From positions 1,580-65,579 of the forward strand of contig DDKM01000060.1 of NCBI GenBank assembly GCA_002339345.1: DNA of 64,000 nucleotides. Direction: 5' to 3'. Within the stretch, counting starts at the first letter, position 1, and every line of letters begins with the position of its first letter. The position numbers and the translations under genes were made by a program. The stretch is from Firmicutes bacterium UBA2598. Lineage in GTDB: Bacteria > Bacillota > PH28-bin88. The notes beneath the pieces are model-generated. The model was not told the origin of the DNA. It did not search any database and worked only from the letters and a program-made list of their open reading frames with translations. This document shows, one piece after another, positions 1 to 9,225 of this stretch.

Positions 1-91
1 TTGCTCCCTCCCTGGCAAATACCGTTACCGTTTCCTTACCAATCCCCCTGGCCCCGCCGGTAACGATGGCTACCTTATCCTTCAACCGCAT
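1..91 (-). CDS. short-chain dehydrogenase/reductase (SDR), N-terminal fragment running off the left edge
   Basis: My reverse-strand translation is MRLKDKVAIVTGGARGIGKETVTVFAREGA, which carries the TGxxxGIG Rossmann signature. A GGAAGGGGGA SD lies just upstream of the ATG at 91-89. It sits 20 nt downstream of the CoA-transferase stop, so it is probably co-transcribed. Confidence 0.6.
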   Translation of the reverse strand, partial: MRLKDKVAIVTGGARGIGKETVTVFAREGA

Positions 92-111
92 TTGTGTTCC
101 CCCTTCCGTAT

Positions 112-1668
112 TTACACCGGCTTGATTAGACCCATGGGAGGATCCCGGAAGATCCTGTTGTCCATTTGCTTTAAACCACCGGCTATTCTCGGACGGAAAG
201 CCATTTGATCCAGGATGTCCCGCTGCAGATCAACCCCCGGGGCTATTTCCTCCAGCCACAGCCCGTCCTCGCGCAGGGCAAAAACCGCCCTTTCCGTCAC
301 GTACAACACCGACTGCCGAACTTCCCGGGCATACTCCCCGCTGAAGGTGATGTGTTCCACATTTTCCACCAGTTTGCGGTGCTGTCCTTCCCTCTTGATT
401 ACCAGTTTACCACCGGTCACTTCAACTTCCAACCCCCCGGCGGTGAAACTGCCGCAAAATACCACCTTTTTTGCGTTTTGGGAGATGTTGATAAAGCCGC
501 CGGCACCGGCAATCCGGGGGCCGAATTTGCTTACATTGACATTGCCTGCGGCGTCCATCTGGGCCATGCCCAAAAAGGCCAGATCCAACCCACCGCCATC
601 ATAAAAATCGAACTGGTCCGGCTGATCGATAATGGCCTCGGGGTTTAGTGAAGCACCAAAACTAAGTCCACCGGCAGGAATGCCCCCAATGGGGCCGGAT
701 TCCAGGGTAAGGGTCATGGAATCCAGAATGCCTTCCTCTGCTGCCACCACTGCCACCGCCTCTGGCAGTCCAATGCCCAGGTTGACCACGGCATCGGGAA
801 CCAGTTCCATGATTGCCCGCCGGGCCACAATTTTTCGCTCATCCAGTGGCAAAGGCGCAACGGTCCCCGCCGGGACCCGGATTTCCCCACAATAGGCTGG
901 ATTGTATTGTTCGGCAAAGGTCTGGCTATGGTTTTCCGGCTTGGCCACCACTACCACATCCACCAAAATACCGGGGATTTTCACCAATCTAGGATCAAGG
1001 GTGCCGGACCTGGTCACCCGCTCCACTTGAACAATCACGATACCACCCGAGTTTTTGGCGGCCTGGGCCATGGGTAACACCTCAAGAGTAACAACTTCCT
1101 TTTCCATGGTAATGTTTCCCCGTTCATCGGCGGTGGTTCCCCGCAACAATGCCACGTTGATAGGAAAGGCCCTGTAGAATAGCCTTTCCTTACCATCAAT
1201 AGTGATCAACTCCACCAAGTTTCTGGTGGTCACACTGTTCAGTTTTCCACCCTGTATCCTGGGATCCACAAAGGTTTTTAAACCCACATGGGTGATGGTC
1301 CCAACCTTGCCGGCAGAAATATCTCTGTATAAATGCGTAATGACCCCCTGGGGCAAATTATAGGCTTCTATTTTATTTTCGATGGCCAAACGCCCCAACC
1401 GTGGGGCCAGATTCCAGTGCCCGCCGATCACCCTGGCCACTAAACCTTCATGCCCCATATGGTTTAACCCCCTGAATTGGCCGTCACCCTGCCCAGCAGC
1501 GTATACCAAGCTGAGGTTGCGGGGACTCCCGGTTTTCAAAAACCGTTCCTCCAGGGCTGCGGTAAGTTCCTCGGGGTGGCAGTTCCCCACAAAACCACCA
1601 AAAGCGACCATATCCCCATCCTTGATCAACTGCACAGCTTCCGAGGCGGACAAAAACCGGGCAGCCAT
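112..1668 (-). CDS. acyl-CoA:acetate/3-ketoacid (propionate-type) CoA-transferase, YdiF/Pct family
   Basis: The N-terminus [29 protein letters not shown] and the overall roughly 520-aa architecture are typical of COG4670 CoA-transferases. I chose the internal ATG at 1668 (MAARFLSA) because a GGGGGAAGGG SD precedes it. The ORF-track start at 1749 lies upstream of the sigma-54 promoter. Confidence 0.85.
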   Translation of the reverse strand: MAARFLSASEAVQLIKDGDMVAFGGFVGNCHPEELTAALEERFLKTGSPRNLSLVYAAGQGDGQFRGLNHMGHEGLVARVIGGHWNLAPRLGRLAIENKIEAYNLPQGVITHLYRDISAGKVGTITHVGLKTFVDPRIQGGKLNSVTTRNLVELITIDGKERLFYRAFPINVALLRGTTADERGNITMEKEVVTLEVLPMAQAAKNSGGIVIVQVERVTRSGTLDPRLVKIPGILVDVVVVAKPENHSQTFAEQYNPAYCGEIRVPAGTVAPLPLDERKIVARRAIMELVPDAVVNLGIGLPEAVAVVAAEEGILDSMTLTLESGPIGGIPAGGLSFGASLNPEAIIDQPDQFDFYDGGGLDLAFLGMAQMDAAGNVNVSKFGPRIAGAGGFINISQNAKKVVFCGSFTAGGLEVEVTGGKLVIKREGQHRKLVENVEHITFSGEYAREVRQSVLYVTERAVFALREDGLWLEEIAPGVDLQRDILDQMAFRPRIAGGLKQMDNRIFRDPPMGLIKPV

Positions 1669-1717
1669 ACCCTTCCCCCTTTCCAGTCTGTTCTCGCACA
1701 ATAACGCACAATAAAAA

Positions 1718-1733
1718 TGCAAAAGCCGTGCCA
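1718..1733 (-). promoter_or_regulatory. sigma-54 (-24/-12) promoter for the CoA-transferase/SDR operon
   Basis: The minus strand reads TGGCACGGCTTTTGCA, an exact match to the TGGCAC-N5-TTGCA consensus. It lies about 50 nt upstream of the ATG at 1668 and directly downstream of a sigma-54 enhancer-binding protein gene. Confidence 0.8.
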
Positions 1734-1817
1734 ACAGCCTTTGCTGCATAATTCACCCGTGCCTTTCCGGATCTTTGGAACGGACTCCCCTTCGGCCATG
1801 GATCTATTTTCCGAAAT

Positions 1818-1855
1818 GGTGGAAGGCATTCCGGTGAACCGGAATGCCTTCCACC
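1818..1855 (-). promoter_or_regulatory. perfect 17-bp inverted repeat with a 4-nt loop: terminator of the regulator gene and/or upstream activator site for the sigma-54 promoter
   Basis: The sequence is GGTGGAAGGCATTCCGG-tgaa-CCGGAATGCCTTCCACC. It lies 26 nt past the regulator stop and about 100 bp upstream of the -24/-12 element. The trailing U-tract on the minus strand is weak (AUUUCGGAAAAU). Confidence 0.5.
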
Positions 1856-1880
1856 ATTCGCGCACCTCAGCCCCCATTTC

Positions 1881-3938
1881 TCAGGCTGGTGGGTGCAGCT
1901 TATACCTGGCAATCTTTTCATAAAGGGTGGATTTGCTCACCTGTAGTATTTTGGCTGCCTCCAAACAATTGCCCCGGGTCAGTTGGAGAGCCTCTTTGAG
2001 GAGGGTACGCTCGGTAGCTTCAACCGCTTGCCGTAAAGGTATCAAACTGCCCCCGGCGTGCACCACCCCAACCCGCTGGAGGTAATAGGGCAGGTGACTG
2101 ATGGTGATGACGTCACCATCAATAATGTTAAGGGCCCTTTCCAACACATTTTCCAGTTCCCGCACATTACCTGGCCACCCATATTGCCGTAAAACCTGCA
2201 TCGCTTCCGGTGCCACCCCTTTGCGGGAACAACCTAGGGAGCGACAAAGTTTCAGCAAAAGATGCTCCACCAATAAATCAATGTCCTCCCGGCGCTCCCT
2301 GAGGGGCGGTATTTCCATGGTTACCACATTAAGCCGGTAAAAAAGGTCTTCCCGGAATCGCCCCCCCTGTACCATCTCCTCCAAGTTCTGGTTGGTAGCT
2401 GCCACCACCCGTACATCCACCTGCAGGGGGCGGGATTCCCCAAGACGTTCGATTTCCTTTTCCTGCAGAACCCGCAAAAGCTTGACCTGCATGTTCAAGG
2501 GCATGTCCCCGATCTCATCCAAAAAGATGGTGCCGCCATGGGCTAATTCGAATTTGCCTACCTGACCACCCTTACGGGCACCGGTAAAGGCACCCTCCCG
2601 GTAACCGAACAACTCGGATTCCAGCAGATTTTCCGGCAGGGCAGCACAATTAACCTTTACAAAGGGGCCCATGGCCCGAGGGCTGGCATTATGAATGGCA
2701 TGGGCAAGCAGTTCCTTCCCAGTGCCGCTCTCCCCCCGGATCAATACCGTGGAATGGGTCCGTGCCACACGGTAGGCTAGACTCCTTAACTCTTCCACCT
2801 TTTTACTGGAGCCGATAATGCTATCGAGGCAGTATTTGGTTCCCTGGTGTTTTTTGAGTTCCCCCTTGTAGTATTCCAATTCATCCTGGAGACGGTTAAA
2901 ACGGTCGGCCAGGGCCTGCAGATCAGCCACATCCCGGAACAGCATGGTACCTACCGCTCCCACCACCTTTCCGTCCCGCTTGATGGGAATGCGGTTACAT
3001 ACCATGTCATGGCCTTTAATACGCTGGATTTGCCCTATTTCCGCCTCACCGGTTTTGGCGACAATATGCATACGTGTGTTTTCGATTACTTCCGTCACCG
3101 GCCGCCCGATGGCGGTTTCCGGAGCAATACCCAGGAACTCGCCGTAAGATTTGCTGAGCATGGTGATAATACCCTCGGCATCAACCACCACCACCGCTTC
3201 ATAGGCGGTATCCAAAACGGTGGCCAGGATATCACGATAACGCTTGACATCCCGTAACTCGGCCATCGCCTCTTCCAGTTCCGTTACATCCTGCAAAACA
3301 GCCACCGCACCTACCAGAACGCCGTCCAGAAAAACCGGATTGCGGTTGGATACATAGGTGTTTCCCCTGATTTGGATACGGGCGCCGGCCTGGGGCTTAC
3401 CGGTGTCCAACACCTGTTGGAGGCCGGCATTGGGCACTACAGCCTTGATGGGCCGCCCAAGAATCTGGTCCAGAGGTTGTCCGACTACCTTTTCGAAGGG
3501 CCGGTTGCACAGGATTATCTTCTGCTCCAGGTTAATGGCCACAATGGCATTGGCCGCCGAGTCCAGCATCACGCGCATTTCCTGGTTCAATAGGCGCTGG
3601 CGGCCAAGGACCTCTTCCAGCAGATCCTCACGGGATACAGTTCCCAAAATGCCTTCGGCACCACAAACCACAACCCATGGTGTGGACAATTGCAATAGAT
3701 CCTCCGGGGAGGACTCCGGTGATACAACCGGTACAGGCAATACCAAATCAGCCGATAATCCGGTAGCCGGTTGACTGCTAGCAAGCCTGGCGGCGGTGAC
3801 CACGCCCACCGGGCGCCCTTCTTTCACCACCACAGCTACCGTGCCATTGGCTTCAGTAACCATGGATAATATTTTATCAACGGGATCCGTAATCTGGCAA
3901 ACAGGCACCGTGCGCATCAGGCGCCCGATGTCCGTCAT
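1881..3938 (-). CDS. sigma-54-dependent transcriptional activator (CBS + PAS sensor domains, AAA+ core, Fis-type HTH)
   Basis: The sequence shows a Walker A motif (GESGTGKE), the GAFTGA-like loop [18 protein letters not shown]-like repeats, an N-terminal CBS-like region and a C-terminal HTH ([16 protein letters not shown]). Confidence 0.9.
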   Translation of the reverse strand: MTDIGRLMRTVPVCQITDPVDKILSMVTEANGTVAVVVKEGRPVGVVTAARLASSQPATGLSADLVLPVPVVSPESSPEDLLQLSTPWVVVCGAEGILGTVSREDLLEEVLGRQRLLNQEMRVMLDSAANAIVAINLEQKIILCNRPFEKVVGQPLDQILGRPIKAVVPNAGLQQVLDTGKPQAGARIQIRGNTYVSNRNPVFLDGVLVGAVAVLQDVTELEEAMAELRDVKRYRDILATVLDTAYEAVVVVDAEGIITMLSKSYGEFLGIAPETAIGRPVTEVIENTRMHIVAKTGEAEIGQIQRIKGHDMVCNRIPIKRDGKVVGAVGTMLFRDVADLQALADRFNRLQDELEYYKGELKKHQGTKYCLDSIIGSSKKVEELRSLAYRVARTHSTVLIRGESGTGKELLAHAIHNASPRAMGPFVKVNCAALPENLLESELFGYREGAFTGARKGGQVGKFELAHGGTIFLDEIGDMPLNMQVKLLRVLQEKEIERLGESRPLQVDVRVVAATNQNLEEMVQGGRFREDLFYRLNVVTMEIPPLRERREDIDLLVEHLLLKLCRSLGCSRKGVAPEAMQVLRQYGWPGNVRELENVLERALNIIDGDVITISHLPYYLQRVGVVHAGGSLIPLRQAVEATERTLLKEALQLTRGNCLEAAKILQVSKSTLYEKIARYKLHPPA

Positions 3939-4019
3939 ATCCCTCCCTCCCTCGTTTGGCCATGATCTCTGTTCAAGATTTCGACAACAACGGGGTCCGT
4001 TCCTGCACCCCGGACCGAT

Positions 4020-4478
4020 TTACACCAGCCCGGGAAACCCGTTTTGGCGTAAGGCCTCAAATAGTACGATGGCCACGGCGTTGGACAGGTTAAGTGAACG
4101 CGACCCTTCCCGCATGGGAATACGCACACAGCTTTCCGGCCGGGCGGCCAGCATTTCAGGCGGTAACCCCCTCGTTTCCGATCCGAACACCAGAAAATCA
4201 TCCATCTGGTAGGTCACCTGGGAATAAAAGCGGCCTCCCTTGGTAGTTGCTAAATGCCACCGGGCGTTGGGATATTTGGCTTCCAACTGGCTGAAACTAT
4301 CATGGTAATAAACCTCCACCAGATGCCAGTAATCAAGGCCGGCCCTTTTCAGTTGACGGTCATCAACGGAAAATCCCAGGGGACGGACCAGGTGGAGCTT
4401 GGCCCCCGTAGCGGCACAGGACCGGGCGATATTACCGGTGTTCTGGGGTATTTCCGGCTGGACGAGCACCACATGCAT
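4020..4478 (-). CDS. trmL: tRNA (cytidine/uridine-2'-O)-methyltransferase, SpoU/TrmL family
   Basis: MHVVLVQPEIPQNTGNIARSCAATGAKLHLVRPLGF is the classic TrmL N-terminus. The ATG at 4478 has a GAGGAG SD 8 nt upstream. The ORF-track GTG at 4487 lies inside that SD. Confidence 0.85.
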   Translation of the reverse strand: MHVVLVQPEIPQNTGNIARSCAATGAKLHLVRPLGFSVDDRQLKRAGLDYWHLVEVYYHDSFSQLEAKYPNARWHLATTKGGRFYSQVTYQMDDFLVFGSETRGLPPEMLAARPESCVRIPMREGSRSLNLSNAVAIVLFEALRQNGFPGLV

Positions 4479-4563
4479 CCTTGTCACTCCTCGAACAGGC
4501 GCCGGGGGCGCCGGATTAGGTAAGGTTCAAGCCATAAGGTATAGAGAAGAATGGAGTAAGATC

Positions 4564-4992
4564 ATGACCTTTTCCTGGTTAGTTTGGGCCGGCGTTACCA
4601 CGTTGTTATGGGGAATGGCGTCGGTAGTCGCCAAGCTCGGATTGGCACGGGTTGACCCCTTCATCGGCCTGTCCGTCCGTACCGCCGGGGTTGCCGTTGC
4701 CCTGGTCCTCACCGGCCTGGCCGCCGGTAAGTTCACCAGCTTTAAACATCTGGATACCAGGACACTAATCCTGCTCCTGGGGGAAGGCATACTGGCATCC
4801 TATTTGGGGCATCTAACCTATTTTTATGCCCTCAAAACGGGAAGGGTATCCTCGGTGGTACCTATCACCGCCGCCTTCCCGTTAGTGGCCATGCTGGCAG
4901 CAATACTGGTGCTGGGTGAGAGGATTACCTTGGGGCGGACCTTGGGTAGCCTTTTGATAGTATTGGGAGCATACCTAATCAAACGCTTCTAA
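4564..4992 (+). CDS. small single-EamA-domain membrane transporter
   Basis: From the ATG at 4564, the sequence MTFSWLVWAGVTTLLWGMASVVAKLGL and four further hydrophobic helices are EamA-like. The upstream part of the tracked ORF overlaps trmL antisense and is not hydrophobic. Confidence 0.7.
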   Translation: MTFSWLVWAGVTTLLWGMASVVAKLGLARVDPFIGLSVRTAGVAVALVLTGLAAGKFTSFKHLDTRTLILLLGEGILASYLGHLTYFYALKTGRVSSVVPITAAFPLVAMLAAILVLGERITLGRTLGSLLIVLGAYLIKRF

Positions 4993-5270
4993 ATGATCTC
5001 CGTACCATAATCAATTATTTCCGCTGTCCCCGCCCGTTGAATGTAACCCACCACTGCTGCCAGCACCTGATTGACATGAATGTAATCATTACTCACGGTG
5101 GCGAAACCAAGACTGGCCCGCTGCCAGTTATCCAAGCTGCCTACTTCTGCAGCAGCCACGTTGAACCGGTGACGCACTTGATCCAGTAGTGCCCGCACAA
5201 TCCTTCGCTTGTCCTTCAATGAACAGGATTCCCCTATGTACAACTCCACGGTGCAAATACCAACTACCAT
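4989..5270 (-). CDS. DUF503 family protein
   Basis: MVVGICTVELYIGESCSLKDKRRIVRALLDQVRHRFNVAAAEV matches the DUF503 pattern and the usual size of about 93 aa. The start was chosen at the internal ATG preceded by a G-rich SD. Confidence 0.75.
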   Translation of the reverse strand: MVVGICTVELYIGESCSLKDKRRIVRALLDQVRHRFNVAAAEVGSLDNWQRASLGFATVSNDYIHVNQVLAAVVGYIQRAGTAEIIDYGTEII

Positions 5271-5534
5271 TCCCCTACCCCCCCATTCTCCATCACTGTT
5301 CGCCATATAACATAACTTTTCCTATCTACAAACTATGGCCTGCCCGCAAATTGGACGGACCCACCGCTCTTCAGGCAGCGGGACCACCTCAGCGTTGGTC
5401 CATAGATTTTTACATAATTTTATACTTTCCAACTTTTAAATAAAAAGGAAATTACACATGATTGTCGTAATATTTACGCAACAGCATAATGTATTTATCA
5501 AACCGGTCCCATGACGAGAAACGGGGGGAGGACG

Positions 5535-7463
5535 GTGGACATAACCAGCATCGTCTCCGTCCTGCAGGCCATGGAACCATTTAAAACGGTCAGCCCGGAT
5601 GTGCTGCAGGATTTGGCCGGTAAACTCCAGTACAAGGTATACCCCGAAAACAGCTACATGTTTAAACAGGGTTCCAAAAGCCTTGGACTCCTGTTCTTAA
5701 TCGTGGATGGACTGGTGGAAATCACCGTCACCAATGACAAGGGTGTAGAAAGCGTGTTCAGTTTTCGCCGCCAGTACGACTTTTTTGGGGAAACGGCGGT
5801 ACTGAGCGGCAAGTCCTATCCGGCTTCCGCCCGGGCCAAAAAGGAGACCCATTGCCTTTTACTTACCCGCCAGCATTTTGAGGGTCTTATCCACAACAAC
5901 CACGAGTTTGCCAGCCACTTCACCGCCATCCTCAGTGAAAGGATGCGGACGTTATACGAGGAAGTGGTGGCAGAGCAATCTTACGAAGCCTACAGCAATT
6001 CGGAATCCCCCCTGTTCCGGAAAAGGGTGTCCGAGCTGATGTCCAGTCCAGTGATCACCTGCCAGGTGGATGACACGGTGGCAATGGTCGCCAGGACAAT
6101 GGAACACCACAACATCAGTGGCGTGATTGTAGTGGACAGCCAGAACCGTCCGGTGGGGTTGTTGACGGAAAAGGATCTTGTCCGCCGGTTAATTACCTCC
6201 GACGGGCCCGTTCCCACCACCATTAACGCCGGGGCGGTGATGAACCCTGTGCTCATCAGGGTGGATGCCTCCGCCTATTTTAACGAGGCACTGCTGGCAG
6301 TGGTGCAAAACCAGGTGAAACACCTGGCAGTGATGGATCAAGATCGGTTGATTGGCATCATCACCCTTGCGGATTTGTTAAAAACCAGGGCTACGGGAAC
6401 TCTGCTGGTAGTCCACGATATTGAAACCCAAACCACTCTGGAAGGTCTGGCCGCCATCGGCCGGGTAATTGACAATGTGCTAAACGCCATGGTGGCGGAA
6501 AAGGCGACTGCTTGGGAACTGTTCGGGGTATTGCATCAAATGCACGACCGGCTGACCCGCCGGGTAATCACTCTGTGTGAACAGGAAATGATCCAGGAGG
6601 GATTTGGGCCTCCCCCCGTTGAGTATTGCTGGTTAAACATGGGCAGTGCCGGCCGCAAGGAACAGTATCTGCGTACCGACCAAGACAATGCCCTGATCTA
6701 TGCTGACAACGGTGATGCCGAACAAAATAAACCCTATTTCCTCACCCTGGCGGGCAAAGTTGTGGATGGCCTGGCTGCCTGCGGTTTTGCTAAATGTAAG
6801 GGCAATGTAGTGGCCTCCAATCCACAATGGTGTAAGTCCCTTGGACAGTGGGAGGAGACCATGCAACGGTGGATACACAAGGTGGAGCCATTTAACATCC
6901 GGATGCTCACTATCTTTCTGGATTTCCGGGCAGTCTACGGTGCCACCCAATTGGCAAAACAATTGTGGGATACCATCTTCGGTATTTTCGAACAGTCTTA
7001 TGCCATTTCCCACATGATGACCTTTGATGACAATCAGTTCCGGGTGCCGGTCAGCCTGCTAGGAGGTTTTGTAACGGAAAAATCAGGTCCACATAAAAAT
7101 GAAATAAACCTGAAAACAGCTGCCTGTACCCACATCGTGAACTGCCTGCGCATTTTCGCCGTAAAAAACCGGATTAGCGAAACGGCCACCTTTGAACGGC
7201 TACGTCTGCTGACTGATAAAAAAGCCATTCCGGCCGATGACGCCGAACTTTTTCATTTTGCCTATGAAACCCTGATGATGTTCAGGATCAGGGAAAACTT
7301 AAAAAAGGCCAAGCAAGGTAAGGAACCGGACAACTACATCAATCCACACCTGTTGAGCAAGCGGGAACAGTCCATTTTGAAAGATAGTTTTTCCGCCATC
7401 TCCCGCCTGCAAAAACTGACTAGCAACAGTTTTTCCATTTTTTGGCTGAATTACCTAAACTGA
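5535..7463 (+). CDS. signal-transduction protein with cyclic-nucleotide-binding, tandem CBS and DUF294 nucleotidyltransferase domains
   Basis: The N-terminus has a cNMP-binding fold (FGETAVLSG), followed by two CBS motifs. The C-terminal half resembles a DUF294/GlnD-type nucleotidyltransferase. A GTG start at 5535 follows a GGGGGGAGG SD. Confidence 0.85.
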   Translation: MDITSIVSVLQAMEPFKTVSPDVLQDLAGKLQYKVYPENSYMFKQGSKSLGLLFLIVDGLVEITVTNDKGVESVFSFRRQYDFFGETAVLSGKSYPASARAKKETHCLLLTRQHFEGLIHNNHEFASHFTAILSERMRTLYEEVVAEQSYEAYSNSESPLFRKRVSELMSSPVITCQVDDTVAMVARTMEHHNISGVIVVDSQNRPVGLLTEKDLVRRLITSDGPVPTTINAGAVMNPVLIRVDASAYFNEALLAVVQNQVKHLAVMDQDRLIGIITLADLLKTRATGTLLVVHDIETQTTLEGLAAIGRVIDNVLNAMVAEKATAWELFGVLHQMHDRLTRRVITLCEQEMIQEGFGPPPVEYCWLNMGSAGRKEQYLRTDQDNALIYADNGDAEQNKPYFLTLAGKVVDGLAACGFAKCKGNVVASNPQWCKSLGQWEETMQRWIHKVEPFNIRMLTIFLDFRAVYGATQLAKQLWDTIFGIFEQSYAISHMMTFDDNQFRVPVSLLGGFVTEKSGPHKNEINLKTAACTHIVNCLRIFAVKNRISETATFERLRLLTDKKAIPADDAELFHFAYETLMMFRIRENLKKAKQGKEPDNYINPHLLSKREQSILKDSFSAISRLQKLTSNSFSIFWLNYLN

Positions 7464-7483
7464 GCCCAAAAGGAGTGACATCC

Positions 7484-8251
7484 ATGCTGACATACTTGCG
7501 TATCCTCTCCCGGCGCCCGGTTATCCGGCCCAACAGTGGTAGCAGCCCCTATGGCGGCCCCCCCCCAACGGCGGCAATTACTGCCCAGTTGAGGGCACAG
7601 GTACAGTCCTGTGCACAACATTCCCGCATCTGGCAGTTTCAGCCCCTGCAAAGAATCAGGTTTGTGGTGGTGGACACCGAAACCACAGGGTTTTATCCCG
7701 CCCGTGGGGACGAAATAATATCCGTTGGGGCAGTGGTGGTGGAAAACGGACAGATCCAGGCGGATCAAACCTTTCACCGGCTGGTGAACCCTTTCCGGCC
7801 AATCCCCCCTGCAATTACAGACTTGACGGGAATTACCCAGGCCATGGTTGATGATCAGGCGGATATTTTCACGGTATTGAGCGAATTCCTTGATTTCCTG
7901 GAAGGAGGTTTGATTGTCGGGCACTGCATCGGGTTTGACCTGGAGTTTATTAACCGAAAACTTGGGGTTTACTGTGGAACCCATTTGCAAAACCCCCACC
8001 TGGATACAACCGCCCTCTCCCGGTCATTGCTGCCTTCCCTTGGAAACCATTCCCTGGATCACATCTTGAAGGTGTTGGAAATCCAACCTGTGGGCAGGCA
8101 CACCGCCCTTGGGGATGCGAAGTTGACGGCCCAGATTTTAATTCATTTTCTGAAAAGTCCAAATCTAAGGAATATTTTCACTATAGAGTGCCTACACACT
8201 CTCTGCAGGCAGACTAACGTCCAAGGAGCATTTCCGCCAGTCTTTATGTAA
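7484..8251 (+). CDS. DnaQ/epsilon-like 3'-5' exonuclease
   Basis: The ExoI motif is present (FVVVDTETTGF), and HTALGDA lies near the C-terminus. The ATG at 7484 follows an AAAGGAG SD. The gene is tightly linked to the preceding DUF294 gene. Confidence 0.85.
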   Translation: MLTYLRILSRRPVIRPNSGSSPYGGPPPTAAITAQLRAQVQSCAQHSRIWQFQPLQRIRFVVVDTETTGFYPARGDEIISVGAVVVENGQIQADQTFHRLVNPFRPIPPAITDLTGITQAMVDDQADIFTVLSEFLDFLEGGLIVGHCIGFDLEFINRKLGVYCGTHLQNPHLDTTALSRSLLPSLGNHSLDHILKVLEIQPVGRHTALGDAKLTAQILIHFLKSPNLRNIFTIECLHTLCRQTNVQGAFPPVFM

Positions 8252-8273
8252 TCTACTTCAGTCATATTCTACT

Positions 8274-8334
8274 CCATCCGCCCAGAGGACTCCCACATCG
8301 GAATCTCACGCCTCTACAGGCGGGAGTAGTTCAC
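8274..8334 (-). repeat. extragenic palindromic repeat, copy 1 (carries a 15-nt insertion)
   Basis: The plus strand reads ATCCGCCCAGAGGACTCCCAC[atcggaatctcacgc]CTCTACAGGCGGGAGTAGTTCAC. It shares sequence with the copies at 12809-12856 and 59136-59183 and ends 5 nt from the nth stop codon. Confidence 0.75.
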
Positions 8335-8339
8335 TTCAG

Positions 8340-9005
8340 TCAGACGGTTTCAAGACGCCGTGAGGGGCATACCCCCGCCAAAGGACACACTACACAGGCG
8401 GGCCGCCGGGCATGACATACTTGCCGTCCATGGGCAATCAGCCAGTGATGAGCGAGTATCCACATGGACCGAGGAATCACCTGGCAAATTTCCCTTTCGG
8501 TGACTTTAGGGTTCTCCCCCCTACTTAATCCCAACCGCCGGGAAACCCGCTGGACGTGGGTATCCACCGCCATGGCCGGTATACCAAAGGCATTGGCCAG
8601 TACCACATTGGCGGTTTTCCGCCCAACACCGGGCAATTCCACAAGTTCCTCCATCCGGTCTGGCACCCGTCCGCCATACTTTTCAACCAGGATGCGACTT
8701 GTGGCTATGATGTACTTGCTTTTGGCGCGGAAAAGGCCGCACCCCTTGATATGCTGCTCCAACTCCGCCGGTTCCAGTTTCGCCAGGGAAAAGGCATCGG
8801 GAAACCGTTTAAACAAGCCGGCGGTGATATTGTTAACCCTCCGGTCGGTGCATTGGGCAGAAAGAATAGTTGCCACCAATAGCTGAAACGGTGTATCATA
8901 ACGCAGGGCAGTTTTGGCCTCTGGATAGTATTCCGCCAACAGCCGCAGGATTTCTCCGACAGAGTCCCCCTCCGGTTGCAGGTGCGCTCTGTCCCCAGCC
9001 CCCAA
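8340..9005 (-). CDS. nth: endonuclease III (DNA glycosylase/AP lyase)
   Basis: The sequence shows the helix-hairpin-helix motif (LVELPGVGRKTANVVL) and a C-terminal Cys-X6-Cys-X2-Cys-X5-Cys cluster (CHARRPACVVCPLAGVC). A TTG at 9005 with an AAAGGGGAGG SD 8 nt upstream gives a typical 221-aa protein. The tracked ORF extends to 9128. Confidence 0.85.
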   Translation of the reverse strand: MGAGDRAHLQPEGDSVGEILRLLAEYYPEAKTALRYDTPFQLLVATILSAQCTDRRVNNITAGLFKRFPDAFSLAKLEPAELEQHIKGCGLFRAKSKYIIATSRILVEKYGGRVPDRMEELVELPGVGRKTANVVLANAFGIPAMAVDTHVQRVSRRLGLSRGENPKVTEREICQVIPRSMWILAHHWLIAHGRQVCHARRPACVVCPLAGVCPSRRLETV

Positions 9006-9225
9006 GAGCTGTACCTCCCCTTTACCCGTGTCTTCCCGACCCCCTTCCTGCCTAATCATACCATGTTGTGGGATCTGGTTCTCTTTCAGGGCACCCTCTC
9101 TACCCTTTGTCCCGTCGTAAACCATCAAGCCTTCGCTCCTCCATTGGCCAAAAATTGAGTGGTGACATCATTACCCTTACCATGTCATAATCATTTTTGA
9201 GGAACATGCTTAAAGGAGGCTGGAT

